Positions 7,944 through 17,593 of a stretch of 64,000 nt of DNA are shown one piece after another. Numbering within the stretch: position 1 is the stretch's first letter; each line of letters starts with the position of its first letter. This stretch comes from a virus. The DNA lies in the IMG/VR virus record IMGVR_UViG_3300027762_000294, positions 1 to 64,000 of that record. The stretch is one strand, 5' to 3'. The notes below the pieces were generated by a model. That model did not search any database. It saw only the letters and a program-made list of their open reading frames with translations, and was not told the origin of the DNA. The translations under genes and the position numbers were made by a program.

Positions 7944-8781
7944 TGACAAATTAGTGTATTTAACATCTAATCGTGAAGATGATGTTTTCAGAAAATTATA
8001 CAACACCATGATCGACGATCGTTGGCATCCTGGTGAAGTTGGGCGCTTAAACATAAACGCAAGTATTCCCAATCCAACATTGAAAGAGGATGTGATAAAA
8101 ACTGTCGCCTTGTTAAATGCGTTTGATATGATCGCGGCTATTGGACATTCAAAACTGTTGTTGTTAGGGGATAACTGTAGAGTCACTGGGAATTATGTAA
8201 TGGCTGTAACTGAGGCGGCATCATCTGAAGCGGTTCACGCCGAATCTTATCGTGAAATTTTAACCCGTATGGAGTTAGACCCTGATCAGCGAGATGCTGC
8301 GTTATTAGATGCTTTAACCAATTCAAAACACGAGCCCATTTTAAACTTCATTCTCAATGAAGACCATTTTTGGATCAGAATGATTGTTTGGGAATATGTA
8401 ATCTTCCCAATGTTTTTCTCTAAATTTCTCAGATTGGATACCCCGGGACTGATTTTAGTCAATCATATGTTTAGTTTGATTATGCGCGATGAAGCTAATC
8501 ACAGTATTTTACAACGCGTTCAATTCAAACGTTGTAAAGACCATTTTGAATATAACACCCCCAAGGTGATAAAAGGTTTAATCCCAGAGGTTGTTGAATT
8601 TTTACGAATTGAGGGTTTTACAGGAAATGACGATCATGATTTCATCATGGGTAGATTCGGCAATTTGTTAGGGGAAAAGTCTAACCGATTTGCTGTACTT
8701 GAGAAGATTTTGAGAGATTGGTTGCGCCCGCTTAAAACCAACATTATGGAAAGGACAACTTCTAATTATGTCACTAAATAA
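7921..8781 (+). CDS. nrdB: Ribonucleotide reductase class I beta subunit
   Basis: Di-metal ligands FD, EAVH, WE and DEANH; radical Tyr in EAVHAESY; C-terminal ERTTSNY. Confidence 0.85.
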   Translation: MCFMIPTNDKLVYLTSNREDDVFRKLYNTMIDDRWHPGEVGRLNINASIPNPTLKEDVIKTVALLNAFDMIAAIGHSKLLLLGDNCRVTGNYVMAVTEAASSEAVHAESYREILTRMELDPDQRDAALLDALTNSKHEPILNFILNEDHFWIRMIVWEYVIFPMFFSKFLRLDTPGLILVNHMFSLIMRDEANHSILQRVQFKRCKDHFEYNTPKVIKGLIPEVVEFLRIEGFTGNDDHDFIMGRFGNLLGEKSNRFAVLEKILRDWLRPLKTNIMERTTSNYVTK

Positions 8782-9067
8782 GATACTTTCGGATGCTTCC
8801 CGATTCTTATTTAAGAATTTGAAAGGAAACGGGGAGTTAATAATTTGTGATGACGGGACTGAATTTGTACTCCATAAAATAATATTTGACCAAGGGATAA
8901 CCAGGTTGAAAGTTTCAAGTAAGACAGAGTTAATCCCGGGATCTGTTTACACATACAAAAGAAATCACTTGACAGTGGATTCAAGATCAAGTTATAATAC
9001 AAACGATTGGTACACCGGCGAATTAATACACAGTATACAACACCCAAAGAAAGGCATAACATCATGA
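8768..9067 (+). CDS. Hypothetical protein (possible head-closure/stopper protein)
   Basis: 99-aa beta-rich ORF with an ELIPGSVYTY...LTVDS pattern reminiscent of head-tail joining proteins (weak). Confidence 0.5.
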   Translation: MSLNKILSDASRFLFKNLKGNGELIICDDGTEFVLHKIIFDQGITRLKVSSKTELIPGSVYTYKRNHLTVDSRSSYNTNDWYTGELIHSIQHPKKGITS

Positions 9068-9804
9068 TCAAACCATCTTTAGAACCTGCACACAGAGAAG
9101 TAAGCGATCCCACACAGGTTAAATATACCAGCGTTTTTATGTCGTTTAACCCAAAGCTCTCAACAATTCTAGGAGGGGTTAATCGAGTTCTCCCGACAAA
9201 TTATCCAGTTGAGATGACCGACGATGACCGGATTATACTCAAGCCGTCGGCTTTGATTCTCAAGCCTTACTTTGTAGGTATTGGTCAATGGAAACTAGCG
9301 GCAAACCAAAAGGTGTTTAACGACAAATCAAAGGTTTTTATAAGTGGGGTTTTGCATGATTCACAAGGCGTTCCCATTTACAGAGACCCTATCTTGACAA
9401 CAGAGTTGATGCTCCCTTTAACCCAAGCACAGGATGCTTTATTCTTGTTACGATTGGTGGGAGCAATCCAAAAAGATATGGGATATTACCCATCTTTCTT
9501 GTATACCTTGTCTAAGGCAGACACCGCTTGGAAAACTGAGAATTTTGAGTTGTTGTGGGAAGGGTATCAACGAGGCGGCATTCATACCGCTTTGCAAATG
9601 GGAGTTAAGCGCTTGAAAGGGGCTTCTGTAAATGAGCGCCCAATGGATATATCGGCTTTAACACTAACGCCTTCGGTTGGTAAAGTGCCAACTGAAATTA
9701 ACCCAATTATTGCGGAGAATGTTAAGAATCGGATTGACTACCTTACAAACAAATGTGGCTCTACTTTAAGCCATCACGTATTTTTTGCTAATCTCGGAGG
9801 TTAG
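9064..9804 (+). CDS. Hypothetical protein
   Basis: ATG at 9064 overlaps the previous stop (ATGA). Confidence 0.75.
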   Translation: MIKPSLEPAHREVSDPTQVKYTSVFMSFNPKLSTILGGVNRVLPTNYPVEMTDDDRIILKPSALILKPYFVGIGQWKLAANQKVFNDKSKVFISGVLHDSQGVPIYRDPILTTELMLPLTQAQDALFLLRLVGAIQKDMGYYPSFLYTLSKADTAWKTENFELLWEGYQRGGIHTALQMGVKRLKGASVNERPMDISALTLTPSVGKVPTEINPIIAENVKNRIDYLTNKCGSTLSHHVFFANLGG

Positions 9805-10227
9805 ATGACAAGTTTGGAATATCATGTAGGGTTAAAAAACTACATTGTAGACATTTTATCCCATATGCCCAGATCTTCAATTTTACATTATGTAGATGGG
9901 CAAGTAACAACTGAGTTGATCGGAGTTGAGGGTGAAAAGCCGTATATTGAAGTTACAGTTGTGCCCTTTTTCACAATAGAAAAATCAGATCAGCAATGTT
10001 ATTTTTCAGTTGAGTCGATTTTGCAAGTTCATTTCATAGGAGATGCAGAACAAACGATATATTCGTATTTGACCCCGAATAAAGAATTCCCTATTGAAGT
10101 GGAGATGTTTAGACGCATCTCTTCTTTGAATGGGGTAACTAATTTGAAATCACAACGGGGCTTTAAAAACTCCACCTTACCTAACCTCATAGAATATGTA
10201 TGGCAAGTTCCTAATTTAAGTCCATAG
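9805..10227 (+). CDS. Hypothetical protein (possible tail terminator)
   Basis: 140 aa, GGAGG RBS; KPYIEVTV...ILQVHF pattern and size fit tail-terminator proteins (weak). Confidence 0.5.
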   Translation: MTSLEYHVGLKNYIVDILSHMPRSSILHYVDGQVTTELIGVEGEKPYIEVTVVPFFTIEKSDQQCYFSVESILQVHFIGDAEQTIYSYLTPNKEFPIEVEMFRRISSLNGVTNLKSQRGFKNSTLPNLIEYVWQVPNLSP

Positions 10228-10235
10228 CCTTGACG

Positions 10236-10274
10236 GAACGGCTATATTGATAATTCGGTAGCCGTTCTTTTTTT
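10236..10274 (+). terminator. Rho-independent terminator
   Basis: GAACGGCTA...TAGCCGTTC followed by T7. Confidence 0.7.
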
Positions 10275-10296
10275 CTCTTTTTAAGAAGGAGTTAAG

Positions 10297-12300
10297 ATGA
10301 AAAGAGTATTATATAACCCCACGAAATTACATCACGCAATTAACGCGTTGCTAGAGTCTGTCAACTTACTCCATTTAGGCGATTCTTGGTTTAACCAAGT
10401 GGATTCTAGAATACAGCTCACAGAGGGGTCCATTACTTCCCGTCCCTTTATTGAAATGATGATTGAGGAAGTTTTGCCGCCTAGTTTATCGACTCGCTAT
10501 TTTGTATATAAACAAAATCGTGATTTTTTGAAAGGTTTCCAAACTTTACAAGAGATTGCTACGTTTTTCGAGATAGAACTTGACCCCGATGTAGATGCCT
10601 CAACTAAGGTGTTTCCTAAACACAAAGATTTGATGATTTTCCTACAAAGCTCGTCTCATATAGAGGGGTTATACTTTATGCGAACCTTGCTCAAATATGC
10701 AGAAATAAACAATCTTTCTTTGCATAATTACAAAGAATGGACTACTGTAGATCATCATCTCTTAAGTATCTTTTCTTTTGAAGGTTTGGAGTTGCTTCAT
10801 AGACGATATTTAATAACCCACGCTGATTATAGTTTAGAGACTGTTATTGAATTTTTAACAAGGATTTACGGGACTGTAGATGAAAATTTTAAATTCACGC
10901 ATATATTTTCAACACCCATCATGAGAAACAACGGGCATTTAGGACCTGAATATACAGCAGCCTGTGCAATGATTGAGGTCGGGGATTCTATGGTTGATAT
11001 TTTTGAAGCGGCAAAGGAAGTGGCAAATTGCACAATCCATAACGCAGGAATTGGGTTGAATTTAAGTAGATTGAGACCCAACCAATCTCCCGTGGGTAAC
11101 AAGTTCTTAGGGTTGAAAACCTTAGGTCTCCCACCGGTAATCAATATGTTTAGGTCTGTAGTTAATTTGTTGAATCAGCCTCAACGCGGCTCTGCTGTGA
11201 CTTATTATTTACCTGTTGTACACCCTGATATTGAGGCATATTTAAATTTGAGGTATCGTGTATCTGTAGATGGGCAGTTAGGTCCCAGAGAACATATGTG
11301 TGTGGTAATGACTGGTGATTTTATGGAGGCGGCAAAAGATAAAACAGCATACACATTAAGATGGTCAGACGATTACCTGAATCATAAAAATTACGTAGGG
11401 GGCAATTTCTATGGGCGCATGTCAGCGGATGATGTTTTATCAAAAATAGCAACGTTGATTTTAAGTACAGGAGAACCGTTTATTTTATTCAGGGATAATG
11501 CGAATGATTTCGTTCCTAATAAAGTCACAACTAACCCGATCAACTTTGGGAATTTGTGCACAGAATTTTTCGTTCCTCATTCCAGTCACAAGCCCGGGAA
11601 ACCGGACCCAACATCGTTTTGTTTTTTAGGCTCCATTGTATTACCTAGTATGATGACCGCTCAAGGATATATTGATTTTAATTTGTTAGAGGAGACGATT
11701 AAGAAAACTTTTTCAAAACTGAAAACGTTGTCGATTAATTTTTCGAGACAGACCAACACCCTTTATCCCGTCGGCGTTGGTTTATGTGGGTTTTGGGACG
11801 CTTATTTTGTGTCAAATGAAATGTACACTCGCAGCACATTTACTATCGCTGTATTTGAGTTTATTCACCGCGTACTTCGTGATAATTATCCAGATCATTT
11901 CTTCAATTTCATGGTTGCCCCAACGTCGTCAGCTTCTCGCATCGCAAATGTATTGCCAGGAATAGATCCCCCTTGGGGGGTTGTGGAGGAAACTGTCACA
12001 AACGACGGTCGCTTCACAAAGCCTAACCCATTAAGTAAGTCCGAAAAGTTTTTTACAGTTGATGAGTTGAGTTTAGAAGAGCAAATTGCGTTAATGGCTA
12101 TTCGAGAGCGATATGTGAACGGGGCAAGCAATACTCTTTATTTGAAAACTGAAGACCAAACAGTAGAGAGAGTCAAGTGGGCAATTATGGAGTGTTGGCT
12201 AAAGGGAATTAAGAGTTTATACTATTGGCGATTGAAAACCGTTGTTGATGAGGATTTGTTTGACGACCCTTTATGTACCGGCGGGGCTTGTGAGGTCTAA
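10297..12300 (+). CDS. nrdA: Ribonucleotide reductase class I alpha subunit
   Basis: STPI, AAC, GIG..LS.LRP, HPDI, GEP, NLCTE, CFLGSI, APT.S.S, SLYY and a C-terminal CTGGAC. Confidence 0.92.
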   Translation: MKRVLYNPTKLHHAINALLESVNLLHLGDSWFNQVDSRIQLTEGSITSRPFIEMMIEEVLPPSLSTRYFVYKQNRDFLKGFQTLQEIATFFEIELDPDVDASTKVFPKHKDLMIFLQSSSHIEGLYFMRTLLKYAEINNLSLHNYKEWTTVDHHLLSIFSFEGLELLHRRYLITHADYSLETVIEFLTRIYGTVDENFKFTHIFSTPIMRNNGHLGPEYTAACAMIEVGDSMVDIFEAAKEVANCTIHNAGIGLNLSRLRPNQSPVGNKFLGLKTLGLPPVINMFRSVVNLLNQPQRGSAVTYYLPVVHPDIEAYLNLRYRVSVDGQLGPREHMCVVMTGDFMEAAKDKTAYTLRWSDDYLNHKNYVGGNFYGRMSADDVLSKIATLILSTGEPFILFRDNANDFVPNKVTTNPINFGNLCTEFFVPHSSHKPGKPDPTSFCFLGSIVLPSMMTAQGYIDFNLLEETIKKTFSKLKTLSINFSRQTNTLYPVGVGLCGFWDAYFVSNEMYTRSTFTIAVFEFIHRVLRDNYPDHFFNFMVAPTSSASRIANVLPGIDPPWGVVEETVTNDGRFTKPNPLSKSEKFFTVDELSLEEQIALMAIRERYVNGASNTLYLKTEDQTVERVKWAIMECWLKGIKSLYYWRLKTVVDEDLFDDPLCTGGACEV

Positions 12301-12560
12301 TGGAAATTTATGTGGACCGCCACGGCAAAGCGTGGAAAACAACATTGTTAAAGATCTCCAAGGCTGCTAAAAAGAGATCGTTGTTAAACCTATCACTTTG
12401 GTTGAAAGATCGGGTCCCTGTCAGAACCGGGAGGTTACGGGACTCAATTGAACCTGATTACGCGAGGCGTTCTTTACGCATGGTGTATTACGGTCCCGAG
12501 GTTATTAGACGAAGGGGGTTGATGGGTCAATTAAGAATGGAGAGAGTGTATAATTTTTAA
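12300..12560 (+). CDS. HK97 gp10-like neck/tail-completion protein
   Basis: PVRTGRLRDSI matches the PVxTGxLxxSI signature. Confidence 0.6.
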   Translation: MEIYVDRHGKAWKTTLLKISKAAKKRSLLNLSLWLKDRVPVRTGRLRDSIEPDYARRSLRMVYYGPEVIRRRGLMGQLRMERVYNF

Positions 12561-12626
12561 TCCAAGAAAACATAAACAAATTCTTCTTCCTTTTTTGGAT
12601 TATATTTCAACAATATCGAGGCAACT

Positions 12627-13292
12627 ATGAGAATTAAATTACCCGAAACCGTGTTTTCACTTTTGAACTATGTGACGGCGTTGAGAATTAACAACGAGAC
12701 TAAGCAATTAATCAACACTCATCGGTGGGGATTACAGGATTACTTCTATTTTAAGAGAATAGGACCGTTGATACCAGCACCTGTGAGTCTCAGTTTAACT
12801 ATCCATATGCCAAACGATCGTTATAAAAGTGTCAACCCGTTTATTTTTTCAAAAACTTTGATTGACGTTTTGCAAGGTCGTCTTTACCGAAACGATAAAG
12901 ATGTTTTTCACTTAGAAGTTCACATAGATGACACAACTGAGAACGAACTATATGTTGACATTGAGGGAAGTCCTTTCGTTCCTAAGAGTCATCGTTTGGA
13001 TGGGTTAGATGTATTGCCGTTGTCACACACAGTAAATAAGTTGTATAAAGTGTCTGGAGGAGAACACCCTCATATTTATCGAGATCGGACGGTGTCTTAT
13101 GGGAAAATTGATCTCCCGTTTTCAGACACAATTTATTTTTTATTCCCTGATACAGCTCGCCCAGATATAGATAGCGTTCCTTATGTTTTTTGTGGGGACT
13201 GGAAAAACTATAACTTGCGTCATGTCTATGCTACTAAAGATTCTCAAGTTCCTCAGCATACGTTTTGTTATGGACTGAATAACCCATGTTGA
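12627..13292 (+). CDS. RusA-like Holliday junction resolvase (apparently two RusA-like halves)
   Basis: KTLIDVLQGRLYRNDKDV resembles RusA K..LDAL.G..DD..V; the second half has PLSHTVNKLYK and FPDTARPDIDS. Confidence 0.55.
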   Translation: MRIKLPETVFSLLNYVTALRINNETKQLINTHRWGLQDYFYFKRIGPLIPAPVSLSLTIHMPNDRYKSVNPFIFSKTLIDVLQGRLYRNDKDVFHLEVHIDDTTENELYVDIEGSPFVPKSHRLDGLDVLPLSHTVNKLYKVSGGEHPHIYRDRTVSYGKIDLPFSDTIYFLFPDTARPDIDSVPYVFCGDWKNYNLRHVYATKDSQVPQHTFCYGLNNPC

Positions 13293-13597
13293 ATTTTACA
13301 TATAGTCCTGCTGTGGGTAAACTATTGGATGCGTTTGACGATGAGCATCACAATTTACAAATTCTTTTTTCCAAAATCATCTTAGCAGTTACGGCTGGGT
13401 ATCAAGATAGTTCACTACTACCAATTTGGTTGGAACTAAAAACTGTAGCAACTCAAATTATGGATGGGAATTTTGAAGATTCATTTACTCCTATGGCTGT
13501 TGCGATAGTTTATGACATGATTTTGTCTATGCAGGTGAAAAGCCCAGCCTTAGAATACATGTACACCTTGACGTCCGAGCCCGAGGGGTCTGTATGA
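13286..13597 (+). CDS. Hypothetical protein
   Basis: 103-aa ORF overlapping both neighbours. Confidence 0.7.
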   Translation: MLNFTYSPAVGKLLDAFDDEHHNLQILFSKIILAVTAGYQDSSLLPIWLELKTVATQIMDGNFEDSFTPMAVAIVYDMILSMQVKSPALEYMYTLTSEPEGSV

Positions 13598-14763
13598 AGT
13601 TTATACCCGTCTTATGTGATAACCCGCCTTATAATGTGATGATTGTGGGGGATGGTTTTGGGGATGTTGCAGTTTGTACACTTTGGAGCGAGCCCAGTCT
13701 AGTTTGGAAAATTTTACAGCACAAAGCCCCCGACATTGCCAAACGAATTTGCGTGTTGGGAATGTTGAGGGGTGTGGGATTACCGATCATAGAAAGCAAC
13801 TTGTTGTACAACCCTCAAATCAAGTATTTATTGGTTTGTGGGACTAACATGGGAAAACTCACAGAAAAAGATTTTGAAAGTTTACCGGTAGAAACAATAT
13901 TCATAGGAGAGTTGTCAATGTTGAATGTGCCTATGTTGAGACCGTTACAGGACAGCGATGAACCTAGAGTTAATAAAGTCCCTTTTGGGAATTATGAAGT
14001 AAAGGAACGGGATCATAACATCCCTGGACATTTAATAAGAGGGGATAACATTCGTGTTGTTTTGACTGAATTGAACAACTTGATAGTTAAATTTGGGACT
14101 CGAGAAACCAATGATAAAGGTGAGTTGAGGTTTGAAGTTTCAAATGTGACAACAGTGATTAAAAGCCCTGAATCAAATTTGAAATTTACAGATTATCACC
14201 TAAACTTAATGAGTAAACATGTACCGGATGGGATTAAATATACATACGGTAATAGATTGGGTGGTTTTATCCAGCAAGTTACCACAACCTTGAAGGATAA
14301 CCCACGTAGTAGGAAGTCGTTTCATTCATTGTGGAATAATTTTGTAGACGGGAAAGATAGTTCACCATGTTTAGTGTCGCTGATGTTTGTGATAAGAAAC
14401 TCTAAATTGAGGTTAACCGCTGTATTCAGGACCCATAATTTAAACATGGCTTACGAATACAATGTCAGCGGACTAAGTTTTCTTATGGAGCAGGTAGCCA
14501 ACGGTGTGGGGGTAGAGGTAGGAGAGTTGATTATAACGTCCTTGGTTTTGACTTCACAGGTCCCTCTACAGTATATCAAACCAAAGGGGTATGTTATGGA
14601 TCCCGCAGATAGTCTAGTTGTTTCCGGTAAATATCACGCTACTGGAAACCGCGGGAGATTTACTGCAGATTCGGCAAGTGAATTAATCCAAAAGTTAGAA
14701 GCTGCGGGAAGTGTATCTACTATTGGGCATGTTATATATTTACTTAATGAATTGGGAGTATAA
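13594..14763 (+). CDS. Thymidylate-synthase-like protein fused to an N-terminal MtrA-like and a C-terminal DUF4346-like domain
   Basis: N-term VCTLWS...NLLYNPQIKYLLVCG; TS core YTYGNRL, SRK, SPCL, FRTHN...YN; C-term DP...SA.EL...H..YL..EL. Confidence 0.75.
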   Translation: MKFIPVLCDNPPYNVMIVGDGFGDVAVCTLWSEPSLVWKILQHKAPDIAKRICVLGMLRGVGLPIIESNLLYNPQIKYLLVCGTNMGKLTEKDFESLPVETIFIGELSMLNVPMLRPLQDSDEPRVNKVPFGNYEVKERDHNIPGHLIRGDNIRVVLTELNNLIVKFGTRETNDKGELRFEVSNVTTVIKSPESNLKFTDYHLNLMSKHVPDGIKYTYGNRLGGFIQQVTTTLKDNPRSRKSFHSLWNNFVDGKDSSPCLVSLMFVIRNSKLRLTAVFRTHNLNMAYEYNVSGLSFLMEQVANGVGVEVGELIITSLVLTSQVPLQYIKPKGYVMDPADSLVVSGKYHATGNRGRFTADSASELIQKLEAAGSVSTIGHVIYLLNELGV

Positions 14764-14765
14764 AT

Positions 14766-15593
14766 ATGGGGATACTCAAACCATTTACAAGGTGGGGTGG
14801 GGGAAAAACAATGTGGATGAAGCAAATTGTACCTTACTTCCCGCCAAAAATTAATTATTACATAGAACCGTTTGTTGGGGCGGGAGGATCCTTACTTTAC
14901 GTGATTGAAAATTATCATCCTGATAGAGTGTGTATTTCAGATTTAAATGCTGATTTAATTAGATGTTATGAGGTTATTCGAGACACGCCTACTGAGTTAT
15001 GTGAGGTGTTGGAGTGGTGGCAAAATTTTGAAATGGATAAGGATAGTTTCTTAAATTTACGTAAACTATTTAACGATCGCAACTCATCTAAAATTGAGAT
15101 GGCGGCTTACGTCATCGTATTAGGACGCAGAAGTTATTATGGTTTACTGCGTATAAATAAAGAAGGGTTGTATACAAATACATACGGCGATGCGAAAAAC
15201 TATAAATTATATAGTTCTGTGAATATACATGGGCTTTCTAAGTTGTTTCAAAACATTGATATAACCCACGGGTCTTACAAAGATTGTTTGACAAATATAG
15301 ATCCCAACAGTTTCATTTATTTTGACCCACCCTATAGACCCACAAGTAAAACTGCTAAGTTCACAAGCTACAATAAAGAACCTTTTTTAATCAATGAACA
15401 AATTGAACTAGCAGAATTTTGTCTTGCCTTAGATTGTGATTGGGCAGTTAGCAATTCCTATATAAATGAGGATGACGATTTTTATCAAACTAATTACAAA
15501 GACTGTAAAATTAACATTATCGAGGTTTTTAGGGGACATGGTACGGGTCTTAAGCGTATGAAAGAGGTTGTTATTACCCCTAAGTATAGGTAG
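14766..15593 (+). CDS. dam: Dam/D12-family DNA adenine methyltransferase
   Basis: RWGGGK, YIEPFVGAG, SDLN, YFDPPY, SNS. Confidence 0.9.
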   Translation: MGILKPFTRWGGGKTMWMKQIVPYFPPKINYYIEPFVGAGGSLLYVIENYHPDRVCISDLNADLIRCYEVIRDTPTELCEVLEWWQNFEMDKDSFLNLRKLFNDRNSSKIEMAAYVIVLGRRSYYGLLRINKEGLYTNTYGDAKNYKLYSSVNIHGLSKLFQNIDITHGSYKDCLTNIDPNSFIYFDPPYRPTSKTAKFTSYNKEPFLINEQIELAEFCLALDCDWAVSNSYINEDDDFYQTNYKDCKINIIEVFRGHGTGLKRMKEVVITPKYR

Positions 15594-15600
15594 GTTGTTA

Positions 15601-15630
15601 TTGACTTTTGATTTAAAGCTATGATACAAT
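15601..15630 (+). promoter_or_regulatory. sigma70-type promoter for the envelope cluster
   Basis: TTGACT-18 nt-TACAAT with an extended -10 TG. Confidence 0.6.
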
Positions 15631-15662
15631 GGTTTCATCTTAACAAACGAGGTAACAACAAA

Positions 15663-16232
15663 ATGAAATACCATATTATATGGGCAATGATATCGGCAAT
15701 GCTATTTAGTGTAAGTGTTAACGCAGGGATCTCAGGAATTGCTGATGATGTTCCCCCGGGCATCTACCGGCTTTTGATAGATATAGACAAGCAACGGATG
15801 TATGTCGAGTTTGACCGCGTGATCATTAACGACTTCCCGGTGTCTACAGGTAAGGGAGGAACTAGCGATCGTCATGGTAGTCATGGCACGCCTACAGGCG
15901 TGTTTCAGATTAAGCAAAAGGTTGGGGCGGGTGCCAAAATTTTAACCCGGTTTAAAGGGTTGAAAAATGTGGGTATGGCAAAGCTAAATCAACCCGGGGA
16001 TGCTATTACAACACGGGTAATGACTTTAAAGGACGCCCCTGGCAACCGTAGTAATGTCGAATCACGGCGTATTTATATTCACGGCACTTCAGATGAACTC
16101 AATATTGGAAAACCAGTTTCAATGGGTTGCATACGAATGTTAAACAAGGATGTTGTTTGGTTATTTGACCGTGTTAAAGTTGGCACCACCGTGATCATTC
16201 AACAGAGTGTAATTGTAGAGGGGGTCGGATGA
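15663..16232 (+). CDS. Exported L,D-transpeptidase (YkuD family)
   Basis: Signal peptide MKYHIIWAMISAMLFSVSVNA; FPVSTG, TPTG and IYIHGT...SMGCIRM catalytic motif; GAGG RBS before the ATG at 15663. Confidence 0.9.
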   Translation: MKYHIIWAMISAMLFSVSVNAGISGIADDVPPGIYRLLIDIDKQRMYVEFDRVIINDFPVSTGKGGTSDRHGSHGTPTGVFQIKQKVGAGAKILTRFKGLKNVGMAKLNQPGDAITTRVMTLKDAPGNRSNVESRRIYIHGTSDELNIGKPVSMGCIRMLNKDVVWLFDRVKVGTTVIIQQSVIVEGVG

Positions 16233-17341
16233 GAGGGTTCTTAGGACTTGTATTGTTGTTTATGACACTCAACTCATATGGGGTTGGACCTCCTTTTAAG
16301 TTAGTAGATACTGTCAGTGACGATTTTTATGAAATATCTTCTGTTTGCTTGGATTTGTTAGGGTTTAACGGTCCCACTAACCCTAATTATGATATAGCCC
16401 CTTTGTTTAACGAAATACGACACTTAGAGCAGGAAGTTCTAAGCAAATATGTTACACGTGAACCAGGTATAGAAATGTTGAGGTTAAAGTTGGCTTGTTG
16501 GGCAATTGAACACGAACTTGTTGTTAGTAGACAAAATTGGGAGCATATAGTAGGATTAATTCATCAGGAGAGTCTCAACCGTACTACAGCTGTATCTAGG
16601 GTTGGCGCTATGGGATTGACTCAAGTGATGCCAGGTACCCACTTCAGCTATTGTCAAACAGACAATGAGTATAAGAAAACTAAGAAGTGGACTATCCAAC
16701 AATACAAGGTAGAGTTGTTGTTGCATACCGTAAACAAGGAGAGACCGAAATATGTGGGAACTGGTAAAAATCGTAAGGTATATAAGATCCCAAAAGATTT
16801 TACAGTGTTGAAAGGTGATTACAAGCTGAAGGTTGCACAGTGCGGTGTATATTATTTACTGCGTATTTTGCCTAGAGAGATCACCATTATGCCCAATTCA
16901 TCACATCTTTCTGCTGCGTTTAACGGTGGACCTGGCAAAGCAAAGTTTGTATTACTCAATGGTGATTGGACGGCTTTACATGATGAAACAGTCAACTACG
17001 TTATAAAAGTTAAGGAACATACAGCTCGTTTAACCGATAATGTCCCGACATTATCGGGCATGAAAGGGATGGCGCAAGACGGTTATTTTGCAGAACTTAA
17101 CCGGTTGGGTACCGTTGATCACCCGTATAAACCATGGTATACACGGTTTATGTGTAACCCAAATCCAAATACATACAGGGAGTTCATAAGGAATTATGGA
17201 ATTGATAACCCGTTTATGGTACATATAGGAAACGATCCGTTTTTGCATAGTAATCACGTAAATTGTTTACAAGAATCATCGACATTGGCATGCAGTGTGT
17301 TGAGGGAAGCGATGAAATCAGGGAACCCGGTATGTAAATAA
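16229..17341 (+). CDS. Exported lytic transglycosylase (SLT family)
   Basis: Signal peptide; QES...AVSRVGAMGLTQVMP, AAFNGGPG, ETVNYV. Confidence 0.88.
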   Translation: MRGFLGLVLLFMTLNSYGVGPPFKLVDTVSDDFYEISSVCLDLLGFNGPTNPNYDIAPLFNEIRHLEQEVLSKYVTREPGIEMLRLKLACWAIEHELVVSRQNWEHIVGLIHQESLNRTTAVSRVGAMGLTQVMPGTHFSYCQTDNEYKKTKKWTIQQYKVELLLHTVNKERPKYVGTGKNRKVYKIPKDFTVLKGDYKLKVAQCGVYYLLRILPREITIMPNSSHLSAAFNGGPGKAKFVLLNGDWTALHDETVNYVIKVKEHTARLTDNVPTLSGMKGMAQDGYFAELNRLGTVDHPYKPWYTRFMCNPNPNTYREFIRNYGIDNPFMVHIGNDPFLHSNHVNCLQESSTLACSVLREAMKSGNPVCK

Positions 17342-17384
17342 GCACTAACAACCTGCCCCGCCTAAGGGGCAGGAGAAAAGGACC

Positions 17385-17549
17385 ATGATACTAAACTCGG
17401 TAATCCTACCCCTAATTATAGCATACTTGATAATTAGGTTTAAAATGTTCTTGACTTTGTTTGGTTTATTAGCTATAATTTCTTTGTATATTCAAGGAGG
17501 AATTGAACTGTGTGGTTTCCTAAATTTTCTACCCTGGAACTTATTTTAA
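17385..17549 (+). CDS. Small membrane protein (54 aa, not in the ORF track)
   Basis: AAGGA RBS; MILNSVILPLIIAYLIIRFKMFLTLFGLLAIISLYI is hydrophobic. Confidence 0.5.
   Translation: MILNSVILPLIIAYLIIRFKMFLTLFGLLAIISLYIQGGIELCGFLNFLPWNLF
17451..17479 (+). promoter_or_regulatory. sigma70-type promoter
   Basis: TTGACT-17 nt-TATAAT, ending GCTATAAT like P1-P3. Confidence 0.65.
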
Positions 17550-17593
17550 TTTTAATTGTGGTGATACTCATCATCTAACATAATAGAGGTCAA

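Noticed and set aside
13594-14763. dCMP hydroxymethylase or a true methanogen MtrA
   Set aside because: The specificity residue is Asn rather than Asp; the cobalt-ligating His and the other mtr genes are missing
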